60,694 bases of DNA from an uncultured Thermoproteaceae archaeon (GTDB lineage: Archaea; Thermoproteota; Thermoprotei; Thermoproteales; Thermocladiaceae), in contig CAZNTG010000002.1 of assembly GCA_964575955.1 (NCBI GenBank), forward strand, positions 1 through 60,694, given 5' to 3'. Below the pieces are notes generated by a model that ran no database searches, was not told the origin of the DNA, and saw only the letters and a list, made by a program, of their open reading frames with translations. Position numbers and translations under genes: made by a program. Positions 47,948 through 58,591 of the stretch are shown here, piece after piece (the first letter of the stretch is position 1; the number at the start of each line of letters is the position of its first letter).

Positions 47948-48616
47948 CTAACGCAACATTATCAGCATATCACCCTCTCTACAAACATTCTCTCTACAAT
48001 TAAACTCCCTCAGAACATTAACAATCTCATTCACATCAAGTTGAGTAATGTCGCGAACATCAATGGGCAGTCCTATAACGGCAAGTTTTCTATTAATGAT
48101 TGTTCTAAATAAGTTCATGGCGTAACTAGATTTATGAAGCGTCATAAGCAGAGATTGGGGTGATGTTATGTAAATGAGTTTTGTTGAGGTAAGTATATCA
48201 TACTCGTCGCTTAACACTATGAACTCCTTCTTGGATGGTTCAAATACGTTTGCTCCAAATAATATAAGGTTTATTTCAAATTTACTTACTAGGCTACATA
48301 TTAATCTCTTTATAATCGCATTTGTGCTTCCATTTTCATATTTTAGTATGTTATTTAGCATGTTATCAATATCGCTTAAATTATAAAATCCAAGTCCTTT
48401 ATATGCAACACATGGAATCAACGATATACAGTCATTATTCCATTCCATGTATATAAACGGTATGTCCAGACTATTCTTAAGCACACAGATTTCCTTGTAA
48501 TCTTCTTCACAAGCCTCTTTACAAATCATTCTGTAATTCTCACAATTTACTCTAGCTAATGCCTCTTTTTTAAATAAGTCCAATGAACTACTGTCTCTGA
48601 AACATAGGTATAGCAT
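47948..48616 (-). CDS. Hypothetical protein within the Cmr locus
   Basis: 222 aa; GTGA RBS-like sequence upstream; co-oriented with cmr genes. Confidence 0.65.
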   Translation of the reverse strand: MLYLCFRDSSSLDLFKKEALARVNCENYRMICKEACEEDYKEICVLKNSLDIPFIYMEWNNDCISLIPCVAYKGLGFYNLSDIDNMLNNILKYENGSTNAIIKRLICSLVSKFEINLILFGANVFEPSKKEFIVLSDEYDILTSTKLIYITSPQSLLMTLHKSSYAMNLFRTIINRKLAVIGLPIDVRDITQLDVNEIVNVLREFNCRENVCREGDMLIMLR

Positions 48617-48627
48617 GGTTTCACTTA

Positions 48628-49185
48628 TTACCTACTACAGGATTCCACTATTACAATTTTATCAGCAACGTTCCTATATTTTCTACGTAATTCATGCCTA
48701 GCCTTAATGGCATTTCTTGCGGGTAACAACACTATTATCTTCCCTAAGGTATTACAGTTGCATAGTCCACAAAGAATATTACATCTAGTTAATAAGATTT
48801 GTAACTTGTCTGTTAGTTTAGATACATCTAGTGCATTTGCATTGCATTTGCACTCAATGCAAAGACAAACTTTACGCGATCCATAACATGCTTTTATAAA
48901 TAAATCAAACGTACTTTGCTGAGGACTACTTTGACAGTAACATATGCTAGATCCACCTTGACTAATATCATCTCTACATACGCATATGGCTAAAGGATTA
49001 ATAACATCTTTTACAATACTTCTTAGAATCGATACTATCTTACTTACCAGATCATTGCAATTATTGATTCTGCACTCTCTATCATAAACATAATTCAGGT
49101 TATCTTGACATTGACATAGATCAGCAGTCACTCTTAATCCCTTAACCTGCACTCTATTTACTTGCATACTAGGTCGCCATAACAT
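48628..49185 (-). CDS. Cys-rich putative PD-(D/E)xK nuclease
   Basis: FDLFI...LCIECK pattern; unusually many Cys; overlaps the ATPase stop. Confidence 0.5.
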   Translation of the reverse strand: MLWRPSMQVNRVQVKGLRVTADLCQCQDNLNYVYDRECRINNCNDLVSKIVSILRSIVKDVINPLAICVCRDDISQGGSSICYCQSSPQQSTFDLFIKACYGSRKVCLCIECKCNANALDVSKLTDKLQILLTRCNILCGLCNCNTLGKIIVLLPARNAIKARHELRRKYRNVADKIVIVESCSR

Positions 49186-50488
49186 CCTGGTAAGCTCTTA
49201 ATTCTCTCTCGAATAATTCTAATGTTCGTTTAGTAAGATGGTCTCTTGACACTTTATTCGCCACTATATCATTACCTTTAGGCTTTAAGTAATAGACATT
49301 GCACATATTCTTTATAGCCCATCCAATTATCATGCCATTATGTGTTTCAACTATGACTTGGACATAATCTATACTGTATAGCGTATCCATCAACCTTACA
49401 AGCCAATCTACATGTATGTTAAAATCGGGATTCTCTATCATTAACAAACTTGAAGGTAATTCGATACCTAAATCTTTGAAGACCTTTATGTACATTTTTG
49501 CTAAATGTGCAGCTAGCAATATTCTCATTACATTAAGAATACCTTCACTAAGTTGATTTAGTCTTAATATTGATTTGCCGGATGTGATATATATAAGATC
49601 TTCCTTAATTACTATATCGTCTATATAGAAGTCGTCGCCATATACGTAATTAAGGTCATCTAGTAGATCCTGAATTAAGCTGCTTTTAAGTCCAAACGCT
49701 ATTAACTTCTTCACATTATCACTTACTTCTCTTATCAAACTACTCTTATCTTTAACTGTAATCACACGTACGATACTTTTCTTCACTAAAGTATCAATGG
49801 TAGTATCAGTGGTTAATATCTCGCTTTTGACTTCGTCAAGTGTGTTCACGTATCTTTCTACAATTTTATACACGCAATTTAACTTATCCAACCCTCCTAT
49901 CTTTCTATCAGAGAGTTCTTGTATGATTTCTAGAAAGCCATCCCTTCTTAGTACGTCTTTTGACATTAGGGGTAGGAAAGAATCATTATATGGTGGTATA
50001 GGAGCATATATATTATCTCTTTCGCAGATCAGATTTCCATTCTGGTTAATCTTAAACCCACTAGCTTCTACTACAACTTCTACGTCTTCTATTCTAAACC
50101 ATCTTCTAGTTGGTATTTTTATGGTACCAATATTGCTCTGTATAGTCTTGATTTGTGATCCTATTTCGACGAATATACTCATACCATCGTTATGGTATGG
50201 TAATCTGACTTTTCCTCCTATTTTCACAGTTGAACTTGCATCGTTTGTATAGCAGTGTATGTATTCGATTGATTTTAAGTACATAACACTTTGTTCCTCA
50301 ATTTCTACACCATAAATGTATCTCAACAGAGTAAGAATTGCGTACAGTATTGATGATTTTCCAGATGAATTTGGACCGTATAACACTGTAACCTTACTAG
50401 CTAAATTTAGCTCATTTTCCGCTTCATTGCGTACTTCCAACTTTCCTATTCTTCTATAACCCTCAACTTGTATAGATTCTATTAACAT
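49169..50488 (-). CDS. ABC-type (AAA_15/AAA_21-like) ATPase
   Basis: IQVEGYR, YGPNSSGKSS, LSEG signature, LMIENPD, VETHN. Confidence 0.85.
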   Translation of the reverse strand: MLIESIQVEGYRRIGKLEVRNEAENELNLASKVTVLYGPNSSGKSSILYAILTLLRYIYGVEIEEQSVMYLKSIEYIHCYTNDASSTVKIGGKVRLPYHNDGMSIFVEIGSQIKTIQSNIGTIKIPTRRWFRIEDVEVVVEASGFKINQNGNLICERDNIYAPIPPYNDSFLPLMSKDVLRRDGFLEIIQELSDRKIGGLDKLNCVYKIVERYVNTLDEVKSEILTTDTTIDTLVKKSIVRVITVKDKSSLIREVSDNVKKLIAFGLKSSLIQDLLDDLNYVYGDDFYIDDIVIKEDLIYITSGKSILRLNQLSEGILNVMRILLAAHLAKMYIKVFKDLGIELPSSLLMIENPDFNIHVDWLVRLMDTLYSIDYVQVIVETHNGMIIGWAIKNMCNVYYLKPKGNDIVANKVSRDHLTKRTLELFERELRAYQDVMAT

Positions 50489-50540
50489 GTATGCTCACTA
50501 TATCAAACTTTTTAGGTAGCAGTATATAAATGATGCTAAG

Positions 50541-51389
50541 TTATACAACTGTTAGTTGTCCATATCCTAGCATTGTTTTTGCTCCTATGCCCTCTCTTAA
50601 TGTTTCTGATATAAATCTGAGGAGCTCCCCTTTGAGTCTATTTATATCTACCGTACCAATTTTGTCTTCTATTCTCTTATTTATACCTACTATTATTCTG
50701 AATCTAACTCCAGTATTTATAGCAGGGTATATCACTGGTACTGGTTGTGCATATGTTTCCTGAATTTTACCTTCAATCTCGCTGTATATCGGTGTTGTTA
50801 CTTCAGGTATTAGTAGTGTACTTCTACAACCTATTGGGTAGGAGTCTAAAAACATTATACAAGATACACCATCCTTTGGACTTCCAAGGATCTTGTCAAC
50901 ATCTTGTTCTGCAATTCTAATACCTCTCAACTCTAGATATGCTCTAAATGCACCTTTGAGAGAACTTCCAGGTATGTATGGCAGATTTAGATATGGATCC
51001 CACATAAGACCAACCTCGAATATTGGTTTACTAAACGTCTCTTCACTAATGCCAATTAGGAGTTTTGTTTTAGTCTCTGCAACCGTATCTATTACCTCGT
51101 ATCCTAATGCTTTAAGAGCTTCCTTAGCCTTATCCATGAGTAGTCTAGCTCTATCAAATAGTTCTTTAAGGTTCTCATATTTGTAGAACAACGTACAAAT
51201 GTCTTGAAGTAGAGTTCTCTTAAAGAGATCGAGATCATTAAACTTTCTGCCTCTATAGATTATCTGAATCTTTTTGCCACCTTTAGCCCTCTCTATCATG
51301 TATGTAAGTGCTACATATTTCATATACGTCGTAAAGTTATACTCACTCGGATTCGGCTCTACCTTTGCTATGATATCTCTCCAGCTCAT
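50541..51389 (-). CDS. cmr6: Type III-B RAMP Cmr6
   Basis: LPYIPGSSLKGAFR, FLDSYP, GIGAKTMLGYG. Confidence 0.92.
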   Translation of the reverse strand: MSWRDIIAKVEPNPSEYNFTTYMKYVALTYMIERAKGGKKIQIIYRGRKFNDLDLFKRTLLQDICTLFYKYENLKELFDRARLLMDKAKEALKALGYEVIDTVAETKTKLLIGISEETFSKPIFEVGLMWDPYLNLPYIPGSSLKGAFRAYLELRGIRIAEQDVDKILGSPKDGVSCIMFLDSYPIGCRSTLLIPEVTTPIYSEIEGKIQETYAQPVPVIYPAINTGVRFRIIVGINKRIEDKIGTVDINRLKGELLRFISETLREGIGAKTMLGYGQLTVV

Positions 51390-52690
51390 GGAAATATCAC
51401 CTTGAAATTGTATCCTAGTTTTCTAAGGTACGTTTCTAAATATGCTAAAACTCTCATACTTGTACTAATTATCTCATCTCTATTAATATTTATCGTACGA
51501 CTACCAGCACCTGTCCATACTATCTGTGTAGGCCAGTCTAGGGATAGGAATATTGTGAAATATGCTCTATCTCTGTGAACTGCTAGATGTATAGGTGATG
51601 CTCTTCTCTCAATATCCTGTACATTATATCCAGTCCCTTTCTGGTTTCGAGGTAGTCCTAGAAACCATGATAGTTTATTAGAAGATATGTAGCACTGCCA
51701 ATGTCCGTAAGGCGTATTTGCTCCTCCATAGAGATTTTTAATCCTTCCAGGTCTGTAGAAAAAGTCTTGTAATTCTCTTAAAACATGGCTTATAACCTTT
51801 CCACTCCACCTAACTTCGTATATTGCAAATATCGGCATCCTGTTATTACGCACTATTGAGAGACTAGGATGTGTATTAGGTACTTCAATTTCTTTTTTAA
51901 TATCAACTTTTATTCCTGAGATATCTACAAAGTTGTCAGATATTAAATCACATGGAGGAAGATCAGATGGATAGTTCACTTTAGGCAGATCTTTTATACA
52001 CTTACTTGATAAAACGTACTCATCTGCTATCTTCATGGTACTTCGTATGATATGTTGTAGATTATCCAGGTTTATCGTTCCAGCTTTAACCCAATCTCTA
52101 GGTAGATCTAGTGAGTGGACTACTCTTACAGTGAAGGTTCCTACACCTCTACGACCCATCTTTCCAATACCGTTAAGCGTTAATGCTGTTAGTAGAGATC
52201 CTATTGCTAAGATTTGCTCATCATGACTTAACCTTACTCCCGGCCTTAGCGATAATTCTACCTCCAATGTCTCTCCAGTGATGTAGTTTACTCTGCGTCC
52301 ACCAACTGTTAACAATCTTACCCTCTGTAGATTACAGTGTGGATCTCCATATGAAGGACAGCTAGATATAGGTCTATATGGATACTTTTTAATAGTCGCC
52401 TTTAGAACTATCTTAGATGCTTGGTTAGTACCTCCAAGAATATTTGAGGTTAAGCAATTAATTGTATTTAAGACCTTTCTATTAAGTTCGGCAAGTCTCT
52501 TATGACTTAACCTATATCCTAGGTATCCAGCTCTATACAATGCACCAAGTATGTATGCTCTAAGCCACCATCTCCATAATCCTTTGAGTGATTGTGTTCT
52601 AAATAGGTCCCATTCGTGTGATTGTGTATCAAAGCTTCCTAAGAATATTGGTGTGTCAGATTCTAACTCTAGTCTGAGTATTGTGCTCAT
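51386..52690 (-). CDS. cmr1: Type III-B RAMP Cmr1
   Basis: TPIFLG, SLKGLWRWWLR, GIGKMGRRGVG, LGLPR, RRASP. Confidence 0.92.
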   Translation of the reverse strand: MSTILRLELESDTPIFLGSFDTQSHEWDLFRTQSLKGLWRWWLRAYILGALYRAGYLGYRLSHKRLAELNRKVLNTINCLTSNILGGTNQASKIVLKATIKKYPYRPISSCPSYGDPHCNLQRVRLLTVGGRRVNYITGETLEVELSLRPGVRLSHDEQILAIGSLLTALTLNGIGKMGRRGVGTFTVRVVHSLDLPRDWVKAGTINLDNLQHIIRSTMKIADEYVLSSKCIKDLPKVNYPSDLPPCDLISDNFVDISGIKVDIKKEIEVPNTHPSLSIVRNNRMPIFAIYEVRWSGKVISHVLRELQDFFYRPGRIKNLYGGANTPYGHWQCYISSNKLSWFLGLPRNQKGTGYNVQDIERRASPIHLAVHRDRAYFTIFLSLDWPTQIVWTGAGSRTININRDEIISTSMRVLAYLETYLRKLGYNFKVIFP

Positions 52691-52699
52691 ACCTTATCA

Positions 52700-53191
52700 C
52701 TATTCTTCAAGTTTTGCCTCAGCGAAAAATTTTAACCATTTAACAATTTCATACGATAATCTATAAACAACCTTATTAAACCCATACTCCTCTATAAGCT
52801 TCTCAATACTGATATCAAACTTCTTATTCATAACTTTAGATAATATTGATAAGAATGATGCACCATAGAGTCCGTATGATGCATCCTCTCGAGACATATT
52901 TTTTATCTTATCTGCCAATTCTGACGCTACGGCAATAGGTTGCGAAAACGTATCTAAATTTTTGAAGAATACTTCATAAAGTTCTCTAAGCTTTCTTTCA
53001 CTAGCCTTACCACCAATATATGCTAGAAAATATGGAAGACCTTGATACACTAGAACTTCATAGAGTTGTCTTGAACGAGTTCTAACTCCACGAACAATAT
53101 CTTCATACTGTTGAGATTTCTCTACTAGCGCAGCTATACAACTTATGCAGTATGCTGAGTATCTTACGACATCTTTAGTATGGAGACTCAT
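52700..53191 (-). CDS. cmr5: Type III-B small subunit Cmr5 (Cas11)
   Basis: Helical; QGL...AYI..K and WLKFFAEA motifs; lies between cmr4 and cmr1. Confidence 0.85.
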   Translation of the reverse strand: MSLHTKDVVRYSAYCISCIAALVEKSQQYEDIVRGVRTRSRQLYEVLVYQGLPYFLAYIGGKASERKLRELYEVFFKNLDTFSQPIAVASELADKIKNMSREDASYGLYGASFLSILSKVMNKKFDISIEKLIEEYGFNKVVYRLSYEIVKWLKFFAEAKLEE

Positions 53192-54216
53192 ATTCTCACG
53201 ACCTGTACTATTCCTTTACCAATAGTTTCATGTCCTCCAAGTATTAAGTAATCCCTAGGATCAACATAGTTATTCCACAATTCATCTATATTTTTAGCGT
53301 ATTTCATAATAATCTCACATACTTTCTTACTATCCTCATTTTTAAATTCTCCTTCCCTACATTTCTCGAGGATTCTTGGAAATGAGAGGAGTAGTGCAGA
53401 TACGAGAATTGTATTAGATGGAAGATATTCTTCAGACCATAATGCACCACGCTTAACAGTTTTAGTCTCATAATCTATGCGAACCCTAGTGATAACTTGC
53501 ATACTTCTCATACATACATCATATATATCTTCATCGGATATTACAAATATCTTATCTAATTCGGAATCGTCTAAAATTTCTTCTGGAACAATCTTTCTAA
53601 AGAGAAGTTTAAGTTGATTATCTATTTGAACGTTAAATGGAATTTCGTTAAGTATAACCTTCCTGTTACCCTCAAGGTCAACTATACACTTATCAGATGT
53701 TGCAAATGCATAGCCCTCTCTTATATTCTTAACTTTATCAATAATCTTCGTGAGTGCTTCTAAAATTTCGTTTAGTACTGTGCTATGCTTTTTACAACAC
53801 TTAGAAATTATTCTAATATAGTTCTCGAGATGATGTAGAAGATGTGGAGATGTGACATAGGCGTATACTCCTCTTAAGGATCTTGCCGGTATGAGTAAAA
53901 GTCGAGCGTCAAGTATTGATATAGAGGATGCAGACTCTATAATCTTGCCTGTATCACTCTCATCTGGGCCAAATAATGCTTTAATTATAATGGACTCATC
54001 TTTCTTAGACTTAAAAATACGCTCCTTTTGTGCTCTTATTGTGCCTTTTAGACTACTTCCCCATATTACTGGTATTCCAAATTCATCTCTCTGTACTGGT
54101 AGATCGACAGCTTCACCATACGTCCTACCAATACCAACGTGAACAGGTGTCACGGCTTTGAGAAATATCAACTTACCCATGTCGTAAAATGCTAGGTTAT
54201 TGCTAGGTAGACTCAC
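53188..54216 (-). CDS. cmr4: Type III-B RAMP Cmr4
   Basis: TPVHVGIG, VDLPVQRD, GSSLKG, GALWSEEYLP, LGGHETIGKG. Confidence 0.95.
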   Translation of the reverse strand: MSLPSNNLAFYDMGKLIFLKAVTPVHVGIGRTYGEAVDLPVQRDEFGIPVIWGSSLKGTIRAQKERIFKSKKDESIIIKALFGPDESDTGKIIESASSISILDARLLLIPARSLRGVYAYVTSPHLLHHLENYIRIISKCCKKHSTVLNEILEALTKIIDKVKNIREGYAFATSDKCIVDLEGNRKVILNEIPFNVQIDNQLKLLFRKIVPEEILDDSELDKIFVISDEDIYDVCMRSMQVITRVRIDYETKTVKRGALWSEEYLPSNTILVSALLLSFPRILEKCREGEFKNEDSKKVCEIIMKYAKNIDELWNNYVDPRDYLILGGHETIGKGIVQVVRI

Positions 54217-54275
54217 ACATATCTGTTCGTTAGATTACTTTAAAATACTACTTTACATACACATTGTCTAAAATC

Positions 54276-55421
54276 TCACAGATTGATTATTTTGTATAAT
54301 GCGTTTCTAATGTCGTTAGGCAATCTCTTTAGTGGTAGTATAATGACTGTATTGTACCCAATCTTATTACATTCTACACCATCGCAATATGCTCCACTAT
54401 CAATACCTTTATAACAAAGTTCCTGTAGATATTGCGTAGATATTTTTCGTCCATTTAGAATCATTAAAGTTCCTGGAGGTATAGAATATTTTAGTGGTCT
54501 TCTACATTTACAGACTTCATTGAAGCCCAAACTAGTTACGCTTAAAACCTCTTTACCAAACTTTCCAATACATGCGATTAGAATATTACGATCTTTAAAT
54601 AGTAATTTACTTAGATCTTCTATCGATATATAGTAATTGTTAGTATGTATGTCTAAGATAATTGGGGTAATGTTAATAGCGAGATAATAATCATCCTCCT
54701 CAATATACTTAGAGCATAGGTCTAGAAATCTTGAACTTTCAGTAATTTCTAGTAAAGCTATTCTAGATTCTCCTCCAAGTCTAACTATCCTTCTCTCCTC
54801 AATAGTCTTCTTAAATCTTTCAAGAATCTCACTATCTCTATCAGCAGAGCCACATGTTATATCTACACAAATGCTTAAGTCTACACATTTCATAGAGGCA
54901 TCATAATCTACATACTCTTCAAGATAGAGCAATCCTCTATCTTCATCAGGAACCTTAACATCTCTATTAAGTCCTATTCCTAAAAATCGAATTATTTTCA
55001 TACCACATTTACTATAATCAATAGGATATTTATTTTCTAGATATTCAAATTTTGGAGATATATTTGCAATACAGTTTGCAATATACCTAAATACATTACA
55101 ACTATGATCTAATCTTCCTAAATTTATAACTATATTATCAATCGTAATGTAAACTTCTTCACCAACTGTAAAATACGGTCCTCTTATATATAGATCTTCA
55201 ATACCGATACTTTTCTTAAGCTCAACATAGTTATCTCCTAAAGTGCCTCCTTTCTGTATATACTTGCCACGTATTAGTAATGTTAATACTCCTAGGATGG
55301 TGCTTGGCAGAGGAGTAGATGATACTCTTCCTAATGCTGCTGGTCCTCTTGCGGTTGGTGAGAATTCTCCATAAGATCCAAAGTGTAGAGGTTCTACAGT
55401 TTTGAAGAGTATTGAGGGCAT
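54276..55421 (-). CDS. cmr3: Type III-B Cmr3 (Cas5 group)
   Basis: EPLHFG, PLPSTILG, RLGGESR, IPPGT, IGYN. Confidence 0.9.
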   Translation of the reverse strand: MPSILFKTVEPLHFGSYGEFSPTARGPAALGRVSSTPLPSTILGVLTLLIRGKYIQKGGTLGDNYVELKKSIGIEDLYIRGPYFTVGEEVYITIDNIVINLGRLDHSCNVFRYIANCIANISPKFEYLENKYPIDYSKCGMKIIRFLGIGLNRDVKVPDEDRGLLYLEEYVDYDASMKCVDLSICVDITCGSADRDSEILERFKKTIEERRIVRLGGESRIALLEITESSRFLDLCSKYIEEDDYYLAINITPIILDIHTNNYYISIEDLSKLLFKDRNILIACIGKFGKEVLSVTSLGFNEVCKCRRPLKYSIPPGTLMILNGRKISTQYLQELCYKGIDSGAYCDGVECNKIGYNTVIILPLKRLPNDIRNALYKIINL

Positions 55422-55461
55422 ACGTACTATATTGCTTTAGGACAGTTATTAAGACTAACCT

Positions 55462-58461
55462 CTATCTTGGTAGATTTCTCAGAAATCTCAAGCCTCTCAT
55501 AATGTGTGTAAGTAAGGTCTCTCTACTACACTCATCTATAATTCTAGTAGAAGCTCTTAGGGCATCTAATACATCGTTCATATGAACTTCAGTACTTACC
55601 TTAATATTTCTCTCTAGAAGTCTGGAGATGGCTTTATTAATTATTTCATGCATATTTTTATCATAATACAATGTTTCTACAGTATCCCTATACATATTCT
55701 CATAGTCTATAGCTAGACCATGACTAATAATGTCGTTTAGAGTATATTTCCACAATTTATGTAGTAATTCTACAAATACACCAATACTACATCCAGACCT
55801 GAGTGGTATTTTTGCTTCCTCTACCACCTCTCCTATAGAAGTTCTACCGTAAGATATTGTTAATGTATCTTTACTAAACTTCTCAGAACATAAGTCCCAC
55901 TTTGTATCTTTTGAATCTTCTAACAACTTCGTAGCAATATCAATCTCAGTTTGCATAGGATCCATTACATGAGCAATTCTAACACCATAACTACGACCAT
56001 ATGCTACAAGTGCAGGAACTACTAAACCACCACTATCATATCTATGGAAGTAGCCTGTATCTACAGCCCAATAGTTCTTACGTGTTTCTACAACTATCAT
56101 CAATGCAGTCTCGACAGGTGTAAGAGCTACAATATCATCACCACCAGCATAGACAACAGTACCACGGCGTTCTGCTACGATCATAGCATCTTTAACAGCT
56201 GTAACCATCATAGCAGCAGATAGACTAGCATGATAGACAGGAGAGATAATAATGCTAGTATCTAATGCATCAGCTATTTCAGCCATGAAATCCAGGATAT
56301 TTGAATACTTACTTGCTATCTTCTGCTTGACGTATTTATACACTATATCTTTAATACGTTCAGCGTATTCACATGCTTTTAGAGGTAGCTTACCTATAAG
56401 TAAGTCACCCATCGAGTCACCATCACCTTTAACAATAGCATAGTACATTCTCAATTGAGGTCTCTTCTCAATAAATATCCCATAATCAGCATCAATTAAG
56501 CCTTTAGACCTAACTTCTTCGAAAATATTCCTAATCTTACTATTCAACTGTCTCCTTAACTCGTTCGTAGACATGTTGAATATATTACCGAGATCGTATG
56601 AGAATGTACCATCGACTAATCTGCATAAAAGCCAGTCAAGACGGTCAAATATTTCCTCATACCCCTCCTTCTCTTTTTTACATCTATCTTCTAATGCTGG
56701 ACGAAGTATGTAATCTATTATAAGTCTATTTGAGAGAACTTCAGTACTCTCAGTTTTTAAATGTGATGTATCTATCATGAATTTATTTGTTCTCTCTATT
56801 AAAAATCTTAATGCTCTCTTTACGAGACATATAGGACATACATATTCTCCACATTTAAAGTATATCATTATTTTCTCAATTTTCTCAATATCTCTATCAC
56901 TAACATCTTCTGTAGATTCACTTAAAATTTCCTTAATCTTCTCCCTACACTCGGACAAATCTCTAGGAAGGTGTAGTATACTTGGCCTTATACCACAGGT
57001 AGTACAGTATCTCCATGTTTCTTCTTTCTCTTCTATACATTGTCTATACTTGTCTTCCGTTATTTTCGAGAGTCTCTCTGATAGAGGTATATTGTAGGGT
57101 CCTCTAGACTTTAATTTAAGTATTTCTTGTGAAAGTATATTTGAAAAAAGTATGTGATAAAACATTTTTCTTATGACTTCTAATTTATCTATCTTCAATT
57201 CATCTAACAATTCTTTATACTTCTTGAATATCTCTTCAATTTTATGAATTTTCTCTTCGTCTATGTATTTTTTGATGTCGTTGATATAATTGTTATAGAC
57301 CTCTTCTATATCTATGATAACTATTCTTGGATGTTGTGGATATGAGTATTTAATTATGTTCTCATGCTTTTCAAATATTATACCTATAAACCTTTCTAAT
57401 ACATCTTTAGAATTTTTAAGTTCTTTTCCACAGTCGACTAGTCTTTCCCAACCTTCTCTATACTTCTGTATGAGATATTCTTTCAATTTTTCAGAATTTC
57501 TAATCTTATCTATCAATTCTATATTTAGAGTAACTTTATCGAATTTTGGAATTAATAGGCTTAATGTTGCTGGTATTACAGGATGTGGTGCCTTAGTAAA
57601 CCAGCTACCCCATACACTCCTTATAGTCTCTATAATGTCTGTTACTTTTTTATCTGTCTTTACATGTTGTTCAATTAGCTTTAATAACCACTGTTTGTAC
57701 ATTAGGTTGTGCCTTGCTGTAGGTAGTATGAGAATGTCTGGACCGAGATATAGTACTAGTTCTTCAACTGTAGACCATGCCAGGTATGATATTAACCAAC
57801 TACCTGCCCAATAGTCTGCTGTTTTTCTTGCAGCATTTACAAATTGTTGTATTCCTGGAATATCTATATATATCAAGTATCCTCTAGGTGTTTCACTATC
57901 TTCAAAGTATCTGTGTATAAATAGGTTTGATATTGTAGCTGTAGCATAGACATGGTCAAATACTGTGTGTGTTGGAAATCTTGTATCAGCTGGACAGGAG
58001 AAAGGCCAACATTTTGCCCATACATACTCCAGAATTGCATATAGGGTGTGATATCTCAATTTTGCATCATCTACGCTCTGTATTATTTCTCTAATTTTAT
58101 TTGTAAAGTTTTCTACAACATCATTGCTAGGCTTCTCAGTCTTAGCGTTATTGTACGCTCTTTTACTAGGGTCGAAAATGTTCAAAATGTCGTAGAATTC
58201 TACAAAATGTCTAGACAATTCTTCTGAGTGTAGAATCAGCCATCTATCAAATGATGAAGCCCATATGTCTGCCGTCTTTACAACTTTAATAACATTCTCA
58301 CTAGGAACACCACCTCCAAACTCTGTTCCACGAAATATTTCTTGAAATATTGATTTTGCTCTTTCTTCATGGTTTTGAATATTCCACGCCTTATCAGGAG
58401 GGTCATGAAGCAGAGACCACGCCTTAATTACTAGAAATTCTGTATAGTCTAAAGTAGGCAC
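55462..58461 (-). CDS. cas10: Cas10/Cmr2 with HD domain and GGDD palm
   Basis: LLHDPPDK, PADTRFP, DYWAGSWLISYL, Zn motifs CTTC/CPIC, KGDGDSMG, VYAGGDD. Confidence 0.96.
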   Translation of the reverse strand: MPTLDYTEFLVIKAWSLLHDPPDKAWNIQNHEERAKSIFQEIFRGTEFGGGVPSENVIKVVKTADIWASSFDRWLILHSEELSRHFVEFYDILNIFDPSKRAYNNAKTEKPSNDVVENFTNKIREIIQSVDDAKLRYHTLYAILEYVWAKCWPFSCPADTRFPTHTVFDHVYATATISNLFIHRYFEDSETPRGYLIYIDIPGIQQFVNAARKTADYWAGSWLISYLAWSTVEELVLYLGPDILILPTARHNLMYKQWLLKLIEQHVKTDKKVTDIIETIRSVWGSWFTKAPHPVIPATLSLLIPKFDKVTLNIELIDKIRNSEKLKEYLIQKYREGWERLVDCGKELKNSKDVLERFIGIIFEKHENIIKYSYPQHPRIVIIDIEEVYNNYINDIKKYIDEEKIHKIEEIFKKYKELLDELKIDKLEVIRKMFYHILFSNILSQEILKLKSRGPYNIPLSERLSKITEDKYRQCIEEKEETWRYCTTCGIRPSILHLPRDLSECREKIKEILSESTEDVSDRDIEKIEKIMIYFKCGEYVCPICLVKRALRFLIERTNKFMIDTSHLKTESTEVLSNRLIIDYILRPALEDRCKKEKEGYEEIFDRLDWLLCRLVDGTFSYDLGNIFNMSTNELRRQLNSKIRNIFEEVRSKGLIDADYGIFIEKRPQLRMYYAIVKGDGDSMGDLLIGKLPLKACEYAERIKDIVYKYVKQKIASKYSNILDFMAEIADALDTSIIISPVYHASLSAAMMVTAVKDAMIVAERRGTVVYAGGDDIVALTPVETALMIVVETRKNYWAVDTGYFHRYDSGGLVVPALVAYGRSYGVRIAHVMDPMQTEIDIATKLLEDSKDTKWDLCSEKFSKDTLTISYGRTSIGEVVEEAKIPLRSGCSIGVFVELLHKLWKYTLNDIISHGLAIDYENMYRDTVETLYYDKNMHEIINKAISRLLERNIKVSTEVHMNDVLDALRASTRIIDECSRETLLTHIMRGLRFLRNLPR

Positions 58462-58591
58462 GTATATATATGATGTGAGTAGTTAATAACAATTACTCAG
58501 AACGTATCACACAATTGTAAAATCTTTTACAAACTCTCATTTATGGTATAGACCTCTATTTCAATTTACTACTATAGTGATCATGTTTTAA

